Assembly: GCA_003136635.1 (NCBI GenBank) | Contig: PLFD01000054.1 | Coordinates: 1-55,698, forward strand | Source: a candidate division FCPU426 bacterium | GTDB lineage: Bacteria > Oederibacteriota > Muellerivitia > Muellerivitales > Muellerivitaceae | Direction of reading: 5' to 3' | Length of the DNA: 55,698 bases | Shown here: positions 48,716 through 55,698 of the stretch, piece by piece | Layout: each line of letters opens with the position of its first letter | How positions within the stretch are numbered: the stretch's first letter is position 1 | Program-made: the position numbers and the translations under genes | Notes under the pieces: model-generated | The model's input: the letters and a program-made list of their open reading frames with translations, nothing else | The model's database searches: none | What the model was told of the DNA's origin: nothing

Positions 48716-49680
48716 GATTTTTTAGAAATGAAAGAGCTTAGTTTTAAAGCCGAGGGTAACCCCAACAGGGAGGCGAAGATAGGACCGACCAGAAGGGTTA
48801 AGATGGAAAAAGACAGAAGGGCGGACGGAGCGACCTGGCCGCTGGAAAAAAGAATAAACAACGCCGCCTCCCTGGTGCCGAATCCCATAACTGAAATGGG
48901 AAGCAATTCTACCATAATGACCACCGGTAGCAGCAGGGCCAGAGATGAAAGGCTGATGGGCAAGCCCAGCGCCAAAGCGCAGAAATATGCCCGGATGGCG
49001 GTGACTTCCCAGGCCAGAAAAGAATAGAGGACTGGGAGAACGAGACGTTGGGGCGGGTTAAATAACTCCTGGAGGCGGCTGTAAAACTCACTCCCATGAG
49101 TTTTGATGTTGTCCGCCAGTGCCTTCGGGGCCAGGCTCAAGAGCAGGGGTTTAATATAGGCCCTCATCCATTCGGGATGCAGAAACAGGAAGATCAAGCC
49201 GATACCCAGTAAAAGGCCCAAAAGGGCGGCTAAAGCGGGTATTTGGTTTTGCGACTGAATCACCAGATTGATCAGACCAATGGAGGCTAGCAGGCCCAGG
49301 GTCAATAAATCATAAACCTTGTCGGACACATGAACGGAGAATGCTGCAGGCAAAGAAAGCTTGCCCAATTTGCTCAAGCCAAATACCCGGACCACGTCGC
49401 CCAGCTTACCGGGGGTGACGGTGGAAAGAGGCTGACCGGAAAGATAAATTTCCACACCCTCGGAGTACTTTAACGGTGACTTTAGTCGTGAGGCCAGGCA
49501 ATGAAGACGCAACCCCTTCAATAAAATTTCAGGAAGAGCAAAAAGAAAAGCCGCGGCCAGCCAGTAGAGGTTCGCGTGTTTCAAAACGTCCCAGGTGGTG
49601 GGCAGGTTTACTTTTTTGGTCAAGAGATAAAAAAACAAAACAAGACCGATTAAAAAGGCGAAATGAGAAAACCGTTTCAT
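48712..49680 (-). CDS. flippase-like multi-TM protein (UPF0104 / lysyl-PG-synthase TM-domain family)
   Basis: About 8 TM helices. Start moved to the ATG at 49680 (ATGA overlap with the upstream stop). Confidence 0.45.
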   Translation of the reverse strand: MKRFSHFAFLIGLVLFFYLLTKKVNLPTTWDVLKHANLYWLAAAFLFALPEILLKGLRLHCLASRLKSPLKYSEGVEIYLSGQPLSTVTPGKLGDVVRVFGLSKLGKLSLPAAFSVHVSDKVYDLLTLGLLASIGLINLVIQSQNQIPALAALLGLLLGIGLIFLFLHPEWMRAYIKPLLLSLAPKALADNIKTHGSEFYSRLQELFNPPQRLVLPVLYSFLAWEVTAIRAYFCALALGLPISLSSLALLLPVVIMVELLPISVMGFGTREAALFILFSSGQVAPSALLSFSILTLLVGPIFASLLGLPSALKLSSFISKKS

Positions 49681-50771
49681 TTTTCGAGAAGTTCCTTTTC
49701 CAATTGTTTCACGCAGTCTTTCCAGTCCCATTTTTTCAGCAAGGCGGTTGAAGGGGAGACGGTTCTTTTTGATTTCAAAGTTTTGACGATGGCTTTGGAA
49801 AAATCAGCCGGGTTGGCCTCACTTAAAACCACGCTGTTATTCAAATGGACGATTTCACCCACGCGGGTGGCGATGACGGGTCTACCGCAGACCAGGGCTT
49901 CCCGAAGTTTCATGGAGGCGCGGTGATGGTTAACCGGAGTGTCGGAATAATAAACCAAAGTCAGATCCGAAATTTTGAGGCAGGCCGCGACCTGGGAGAT
50001 GGTAATGAGGCCGGTAAAGTGAACCGAAGGTTCAATGCCCAGATCCCGGGTGATTTTTTTAAAGTGATTCTCATCAGGGCCTCCGCCCGCGATCAGCAGC
50101 TGGGCTTGCGGTATCTGGTGAAGCACTTCTTTAAAAGCGTACAGAGCCGGTTCCAGATCGCAGGCCACGTTCAGATGGGCCGTAAACACCAGAATGGGTT
50201 TTCGGGGTTTGGCTTTATAAAGCGCCGCTGCTTTAGCCGGCAGATTTTCGGGGTTTAAAGGTTTCTTGTTAAAGATGGTTTCATTGACCCCCTGGGGAAG
50301 TTGGATGGTTTTGCGCGGATCGACTTTAAAAAAGTCTAAAAGCGATTCTTTGAGTTTGGGGTTGTGATAAGTCACCCAATCGGCCCGCCGGGGCCAGGGC
50401 ATTTGAAGCCATTCGTGGATGGTGCGAAAAAGCCCATCGCTATAGGCGAAGTCCAAATCGTCCACGTCGATAACCGTTTTGGCGCCCAGCATTTTTTGCC
50501 AGAGCATGGCGGGAATGACGGTGGGGTATGGCTTGACGGCCAGCACTACCTGGTGCCGGGTGAAAACGGTTTTCCAAAAGTAATAGGGACAGGAAAGCGC
50601 CATGTCGATCCAGCCGGGCAAAGTCGGCAGGGGTTTTACAAATTGAACGCGGTGGCCCCTTTGCTTCAGGGCTTCGGCGATATAAAAGGCCCGTAAGGCG
50701 CTGCCCGTGCCCCAGCCCTTGGCGGACAGGACGAGGATAGATAAGGTTTGGGTAGGCGTCGTTTTTTTCAT
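49677..50771 (-). CDS. GT-B fold glycosyltransferase (GT4/GT1-like)
   Basis: N-terminal LSAKGWGTGSALRAFYIAEAL and a C-terminal half with E-x7-E-like region; start at MKKTTPTQ (50771). Confidence 0.65.
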   Translation of the reverse strand: MKKTTPTQTLSILVLSAKGWGTGSALRAFYIAEALKQRGHRVQFVKPLPTLPGWIDMALSCPYYFWKTVFTRHQVVLAVKPYPTVIPAMLWQKMLGAKTVIDVDDLDFAYSDGLFRTIHEWLQMPWPRRADWVTYHNPKLKESLLDFFKVDPRKTIQLPQGVNETIFNKKPLNPENLPAKAAALYKAKPRKPILVFTAHLNVACDLEPALYAFKEVLHQIPQAQLLIAGGGPDENHFKKITRDLGIEPSVHFTGLITISQVAACLKISDLTLVYYSDTPVNHHRASMKLREALVCGRPVIATRVGEIVHLNNSVVLSEANPADFSKAIVKTLKSKRTVSPSTALLKKWDWKDCVKQLEKELLEK

Positions 50772-50930
50772 GGGTGGAGATTTTAAAGGCAGATGGGGCG
50801 CTAGGCCACATTTCAATTGGCTAAATGAGGCCCAAAAAACGCTTCACGTGGCGGATAAAGCTTATATTTCGCGGGCGAAACTCGGGTATGGGGGCAGGTA
50901 CAGTCAATTGAAGCTGGAAAAACCATAAGT

Positions 50931-51569
50931 TTAGGGATTAACCGAATTACCGGAAGTTTTATCCAGTTTGTCCAGTTCGGCATCCACGTCTTTGAGTACC
51001 AGTCCGGCGATGATCATAGTTTGCCGGCCGCCTAAAATAATATCAATATGAAGATCCCGGGCTGTTGTTTTAAGAAAGCCTTTATTCATTGTGTTTAAAG
51101 GGTTGAAAAAAATGCTTTGGTAATTTTTAACGGCCTGTTCCAAAGAGTTAAGCCGGAAAGTTAAGTCGTCAATTTCTTCAGCCAGTTTAATATTGGTCAA
51201 AGTTTGGTATTTGATTTGGGAAGTAGATTGAAAGTAATTTAAGTTCAGGTTGTTCATGGTAATCGTCGGGTTTTTCACGTCGATAATTCCATTCATGATT
51301 TTGAGGTTGTCCTCCAGGGACTTTTTAAATCCCTCCAACAGGATTCGCTCCTGCTCACTTTTGATTTTTAATTCATGAGCATGTTGGTTGTAAGCCTGAA
51401 TTGTATAAACCGTAAGTCCGGCAAAGATCGCCAGAATTCCGCCCACAAAAGCGCCGATAACCGAATGCCAAAAGCCCTTGTCGGCCATCTGTTCCTGTAG
51501 CCAGGTTTTGGGCGGGGCTGTCGGGGGTGGTGGAGTTGGGGGTTGCTCGATTTTTTTTGTTCTTGGCAT
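50931..51569 (-). CDS. hypothetical single-pass membrane protein with coiled-coil ectodomain
   Basis: Pro-rich N-terminus, one TM (VIGAFVGGILAIFAGLTVYTI), then heptad-like region; lower GC. Confidence 0.35.
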   Translation of the reverse strand: MPRTKKIEQPPTPPPPTAPPKTWLQEQMADKGFWHSVIGAFVGGILAIFAGLTVYTIQAYNQHAHELKIKSEQERILLEGFKKSLEDNLKIMNGIIDVKNPTITMNNLNLNYFQSTSQIKYQTLTNIKLAEEIDDLTFRLNSLEQAVKNYQSIFFNPLNTMNKGFLKTTARDLHIDIILGGRQTMIIAGLVLKDVDAELDKLDKTSGNSVNP

Positions 51570-51774
51570 GGTGCGGTTCCGGTAATGGGTTTGGTTCAAA
51601 ATAAAGCAGGTATTAGTTTAACGCTGGAAAGGGTTTACGCCCATCAATAAGACGGGATGGTTTTGGCCCTTCTAAACGATTTTTGAATCCTTCTTTTCCA
51701 TGTCCGCTTTCTTTCAAGTTGTTCGTCGTAGTGGTATAAGCAGTTGAACTAAAAAAGAAGCAGGGAGGCAGGAT

Positions 51775-52140
51775 ATGGCGGATTTTGTGTATTTGTATTG
51801 GAATCGCCGGGAAGATCAAGCGCGTATGGCAAACTCGACGCCGGAAGAAAAACAAAAGATTACGCAAAAGTGGATGGTCTGGATGGACGGGTTGAAGAAA
51901 AGCGGAAATCTGAAGGACTTTGGAGCGCCGTTGGAATTTGACGGGAAAACGGTGGAAGGCGCCAAGAAGGTCGTCACGGACGGCCCCTATGCCGAGGCCA
52001 AAGATATCGTGGGTGGTTTTTCCATCATCACCGCGAACAGCCTGAACGAAGCGTTCGAGCTTTCCAAAGGCTGTCCGATTTTGGAATTAAATGGAATCGT
52101 GGAAGTTCGGCCTATCCGGCCGCTCCAGGGTCTTAAATAA
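51775..52140 (+). CDS. YCII-related / DGPF-domain protein
   Basis: ...TDGPYAEAKDIVGGF... matches the DGPFAETKE signature; about 120 aa. Confidence 0.65.
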   Translation: MADFVYLYWNRREDQARMANSTPEEKQKITQKWMVWMDGLKKSGNLKDFGAPLEFDGKTVEGAKKVVTDGPYAEAKDIVGGFSIITANSLNEAFELSKGCPILELNGIVEVRPIRPLQGLK

Positions 52141-52156
52141 GAAATGGGAGGCTTTC

Positions 52157-52507
52157 ATGGCGGATTTTATGTATTTGTTTTGGAATAAAGACGGTAAAAG
52201 CAAAATGGAAAAGGCGTCGCCTGAGGAAATTCAGCAAATCATGAAAAAGTGGATGGGCTGGATGGATGCCCTCAAAAAGTCCGGTAATTTAAAAGACGGC
52301 GGCGCGCCTTTGGAAATGACGGGCCAGGTGGTTCATGGGGGTAAAAAGTCGGTGACCGACGGCCCCTACGCGGAAGCGAAGGATGTGGTGGGTGGTTACA
52401 TCATTGTTTCCGCCAAGAACATTCAAGAGGCTGTGGAACTGTCCAAAGGTTGTCCGATTTTGGAAGGTGACGGAATGGTTGAGGTTCGGCCTGTTTTAAA
52501 GATGTAA
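52157..52507 (+). CDS. YCII-related / DGPF-domain protein (tandem paralog)
   Basis: Same architecture (TDGPYAEAKDVVGGY); start at the ATG at 52157, which follows GGGAGGC. Confidence 0.65.
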   Translation: MADFMYLFWNKDGKSKMEKASPEEIQQIMKKWMGWMDALKKSGNLKDGGAPLEMTGQVVHGGKKSVTDGPYAEAKDVVGGYIIVSAKNIQEAVELSKGCPILEGDGMVEVRPVLKM

Positions 52508-52590
52508 GAGACTGTACAAAAAGAATATAAAAACAGTCTCTTGACCCCAAAGAATCCGAAGGAGTCGTGGGGTAAGAGTTTGAGGAATCG

Positions 52591-53862
52591 ATGAAAGAAG
52601 AAATACCCGAGCTGATGGACCATCTTTTCCGCCGTGAGGCAGGGAAGATGGTTTCTTATTTAACCAAAATCTTCGGTCTCAACAACCTGGCCCTGGCCGA
52701 GGATGTGGTGCAGGACACCTTGTGCCGCGCCATGGAAACCTGGAAGTTCCGGGGCCTGCCGGATAACCCTTCTGCCTGGCTCATGAGGGTCGCCCGCAAC
52801 CGGGCCATTGATATCATCCGCCGTGAGCAAAGATTTAGAACTTTTACCCCCGACCTGACCTACTTTGTGAAACTGCAGGAAAGTTTATTGCCCGATGGAG
52901 AAAAATTGGCTTTTGAAAATGAAATCAAAGACGATCAACTGCGCATGATGTTCGCCTGCTGTTCCCCTGCCATTTCGGCGGATGTGCAGGTAACTTTGAT
53001 TCTGAAAACCCTTTGCGGATTCGGTGTGGAAGAAATCGCTAGCGCTTTATTAGTGAGCGCTGACACCATCGAGAAGCGGTTAAGCCGGGCCAAGAAGGTT
53101 TTTCAGGCTTCAGGCGCACTGGAAGAAGTTGAAAGCATTCCCGAACTACAGTCCCGTCTGCAGGCCATTTATGATTCCATCTACCTGCTTTTCAACGAAG
53201 GCTACAACGGCAGCCAGTCTGAAATGATGGTGCGGGAAGACCTTTGTTACGAAGCCCTGCGTTTGGCTTTGTTGTTATGCGACCATCCGGCGGGAAAGTC
53301 GCCCAAAACTTATGCCCTAGTAGCTCTGATGTCTTTTCACGCGGCCCGGCTCAAAGGCCGGATGGACGCCGAAGGCTGTTTGATACTTTTGGAAGCCCAG
53401 GACCGGTCCCTGTGGAATAAGGAACTGATTGGCCGAGGGTTTCAGTATTTAGACCTGTCTGCCCAGGATGGTGAAATCAGCGAATACCACATCGAAGCGG
53501 GAATCGCGTCCATCCACTGTATGGCCGAAACTTATGAGCGGACCAATTGGCGGGAGATTTTGAAGCTCTACGACCTGCTTTTCAAAGTAAAGCCTACGCC
53601 CATTGTGGCCCTTAACCGCGCTATCGCGGTCGGCCAGGCCTTTGGGCCGGAGAAGGGTTTGATTGCCTTAAATGCCATTGAGGATTTGGAAAAGCTGAAA
53701 GACTATCCCTTTTACCCAGCGGCGCTGGGGGAATTTTACCGTTTGGCGGGGCGCGGTAAAGAAGCTGGGGAGTATTTTGGAAGGGCTTTGGAATTGGCTC
53801 GCAATTCGTCGGAAGTTAAATTTTTAGAACGAAAACTGAAAACAAGAAATGAGCGGAGCTAA
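52591..53862 (+). CDS. ECF sigma factor with long C-terminal (TPR-like) extension, ECF42-type
   Basis: Sigma region 2 (DVVQDTLCRAMETW...WLMRVARNRAIDIIRRE) and region 4 (VTLILKTLCGFGVEEIASALLVSADTIEKRLSRAK), plus a roughly 230-aa extension. DGPF genes are immediately upstream. Confidence 0.75.
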   Translation: MKEEIPELMDHLFRREAGKMVSYLTKIFGLNNLALAEDVVQDTLCRAMETWKFRGLPDNPSAWLMRVARNRAIDIIRREQRFRTFTPDLTYFVKLQESLLPDGEKLAFENEIKDDQLRMMFACCSPAISADVQVTLILKTLCGFGVEEIASALLVSADTIEKRLSRAKKVFQASGALEEVESIPELQSRLQAIYDSIYLLFNEGYNGSQSEMMVREDLCYEALRLALLLCDHPAGKSPKTYALVALMSFHAARLKGRMDAEGCLILLEAQDRSLWNKELIGRGFQYLDLSAQDGEISEYHIEAGIASIHCMAETYERTNWREILKLYDLLFKVKPTPIVALNRAIAVGQAFGPEKGLIALNAIEDLEKLKDYPFYPAALGEFYRLAGRGKEAGEYFGRALELARNSSEVKFLERKLKTRNERS

Positions 53863-54179
53863 GTTTTTTACACACAGTAATCAAGTGTGGGTCATGACAT
53901 TGATTGTCATGATCTTTTTTTGGACATCCATTCTTTGAAACCAGCATGCTTACTTTGAATGTCAAAAGAACGATCAAGGATGATTAAGGACTGGATTAAA
54001 ATTTTTTGAGAAGTCGAGTTAGACATTATTAAGTATTCGATTTTGGGAGTGTTGACAGTGCTAGCTGACATAGCGTTTCCAGAGTGAACCGACCAACTAA
54101 ACATTCGATAAATTTGAACATACAATGACTGAATATCTATGTCCTGTTTTTCAATTAAGGCTTTAAAATTTAGCCCTGT

Positions 54180-54710
54180 CTAGTGACACACCTTTTTATT
54201 TCCATTCCAATGCTTTTGAACTAGTTCATTTTCTTTTATTTCCAACTCTTTTAGGTCCCCTGAATAAAATTTTTCAGATCCCATTTTTAAGTTTGTATTC
54301 TTTTGATCGAATTCAACAAAACTTTTTAAAAAACGGATGCTTTCAAGAGGTTGCCAGTCGAAAAATTTTTTAAATCCGATTTCAGTTTTTGATAATTCGT
54401 GTAAATCTACATAAAGCTCTAAGTTCGATCTCGCAATTGATGCACAAGCTTGATAGTCGAAAATGTTTCTTAAGCGGCAGAGAGATTGCACGTTTAGAAA
54501 AAGACGATTAAAAGTTAAAAGTATTGCTGAATTTCTATCTGCTCGTAGATCGACTGGTAACAAAGGAATGATCTCGGTGTGCAATGTCTGAATTAAAAAA
54601 AGAGTAGCGTTAATTGTTTGTTCTATTTTTTGTTCGTCGGTTAGATATGGATCGTCGAGAACCCGTTCTGGGTTGATTTCGAAAAAAGATAAGTTCTTAT
54701 CGGACGTCAT
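54180..54710 (-). CDS. hypothetical protein (AT-rich orphan; 14-nt overlap with rSAM stop)
   Basis: 176-aa ORF at about 33% GC directly downstream of, and overlapping, the rSAM gene (ATGACGTCCGATAA). No motif recognised. Confidence 0.4.
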   Translation of the reverse strand: MTSDKNLSFFEINPERVLDDPYLTDEQKIEQTINATLFLIQTLHTEIIPLLPVDLRADRNSAILLTFNRLFLNVQSLCRLRNIFDYQACASIARSNLELYVDLHELSKTEIGFKKFFDWQPLESIRFLKSFVEFDQKNTNLKMGSEKFYSGDLKELEIKENELVQKHWNGNKKVCH

Positions 54711-55698
54711 GACCTGTCAAAACAGCTGCGCCGCGTTTGGCGACTTCCCAGCCGCCCTTGAGAGTCCAAAGAGGATCGGTGAGGCGGATTTTGGAGAGCA
54801 AATACTTGGGGCGGAAGAGAACTTCACGGTAGGCTTGTTGGCGCATATCCACCAAGTCCTGGCTGGTGAGGGCTTCGGTACGGACCACTGGCACGGGGGC
54901 CAGGGGCGAATACTGGGACCAATCCTTGTGGTTCAGGCAGTTGTGTTTCTCGTACCAGGGGTACATGTCCGTATTCGGGAAAGGCGTGGAGAAACAGAAC
55001 TGAGTATAGAAGGGGTCGATTTCTTTAATAAAGTCGATGGTTTCGCGCCAGGTTTCACGGGTTTCACCAGGCAAGCCCACGATGGTCATGCCGTAAAAGA
55101 GAATGTCCGCTTCCTTACAGGCTTTGGCGCAGGCGCGGATATCGTCTTTGGTCACGCCCTTGTTGATGTTATTCAAAATCACTTCGGAGCCGCTTTCAAT
55201 ACCGACCGCCAGTTCACGGCAGCCGGATTGGCGCATGGTTTTCAGCGACGGCACGTCGGTCAGGTTCGCGCGGGTACAGCAGACCCATTCCATATTCACT
55301 TCGTCTTTAATTAATTGGTGAGCCAGGTCGGCAGTACGGTCGGAGTTAAGGGCCAAAAGATCGTCAAAGAAAAGAACGTTCTTCACGCCAAAGGTGGTCT
55401 TGAGCCATTTGAGTTCGTCCGTGACGTGATGGTGGTCGCGGGGACGGTATTTTTCCAAAGCGTAAGCGCAGAAGCTGCAGCCGAAGGGACAGCCTCGGGA
55501 AGTCTGGATCATGGCGAAGTCTTTTTGAAACACGCCGGTGTGATAGGGGGCGATGGACGGCAGCAGGTCGTAAGCCGGGAAGGGAGCGAAATCCACATTC
55601 ATTAATTGAGCGGGAACTGTCTTTTTAAAGCCGCTCTTGGAGGTGGAATAGGCCAGGCCCGGGATTTCCGAATACCATTCTTCGGAGTGGCTTGGCAG
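54697..55698 (-). CDS. B12-binding-domain radical SAM protein (5' end beyond window)
   Basis: TSRGCPFGCSFCA radical-SAM CxxxCxxC cluster and the downstream rSAM core. The reading frame stays open to the window edge, so the N-terminal B12-binding domain presumably lies outside. Confidence 0.75.
   Translation of the reverse strand: MPSHSEEWYSEIPGLAYSTSKSGFKKTVPAQLMNVDFAPFPAYDLLPSIAPYHTGVFQKDFAMIQTSRGCPFGCSFCAYALEKYRPRDHHHVTDELKWLKTTFGVKNVLFFDDLLALNSDRTADLAHQLIKDEVNMEWVCCTRANLTDVPSLKTMRQSGCRELAVGIESGSEVILNNINKGVTKDDIRACAKACKEADILFYGMTIVGLPGETRETWRETIDFIKEIDPFYTQFCFSTPFPNTDMYPWYEKHNCLNHKDWSQYSPLAPVPVVRTEALTSQDLVDMRQQAYREVLFRPKYLLSKIRLTDPLWTLKGGWEVAKRGAAVLTGHDVR

Noticed and set aside
53907-54125. 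72-aa minus-strand ORF in the AT-rich stretch.
   Set aside because: No SD; AT-rich DNA yields random ORFs; no motif.
1-55698. Search for transposases, integrases, IS inverted repeats or rRNA.
   Set aside because: No ORF shows DDE or tyrosine-recombinase motifs and no rRNA-like conserved stretches were seen. The low-GC islands lack flanking direct repeats that I could detect by eye.

Overview
The window is a 55.7-kb bacterial chromosomal segment of about 50% GC, probably from a Gram-negative (diderm) lineage. It carries roughly 55 protein genes and I found no rRNA, tRNA, CRISPR array, transposase or integrase.

The backbone is housekeeping and cell-envelope genes. These include a NifS/IscS-type cysteine desulfurase, a short-type glucose-6-phosphate isomerase, a class II (B12-dependent) ribonucleotide reductase nrdJ, ilvD, dapF, and a GH57 branching enzyme with a DUF4912 partner. 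There are three Rossmann-fold NAD(P) epimerase/reductase genes around an LpxL-like acyltransferase, outer-membrane beta-barrel proteins, Skp, two ECF sigma modules (one of ECF42 type with two DGPF proteins), and a large cell-surface glycosylation cluster with two YfhO-like proteins, a GT2, a GT4, a flippase-like protein and methyltransferases.

Cis-RNA and regulatory signals visible in the sequence are a fluoride riboswitch upstream of crcB with a DUF190 gene, several rho-independent terminators, and NrdR-box-like palindromes over a putative nrdJ promoter.

The most unusual items are these. A self-contained low-GC two-gene cassette (12.27-14.30 kb) sits between nrdJ and an SDR gene with its own near-consensus sigma70 promoter and terminators. 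A roughly 260-bp array of about 12 contiguous 21-22-bp direct repeats lies in a convergent intergenic region. A tandem pair of Deg2/Deg9-type proteases has a catalytic Ser replaced by Asn in the second copy. An AT-rich orphan gene overlaps the stop of a B12-binding radical SAM gene. Long perfect palindromes lie upstream of lpxL and of a tiny Ala/Lys-rich secreted protein. A 22-bp inverted repeat lies between crcB and DUF190.

All functional calls rest on motif recognition by eye. None is backed by a database search.
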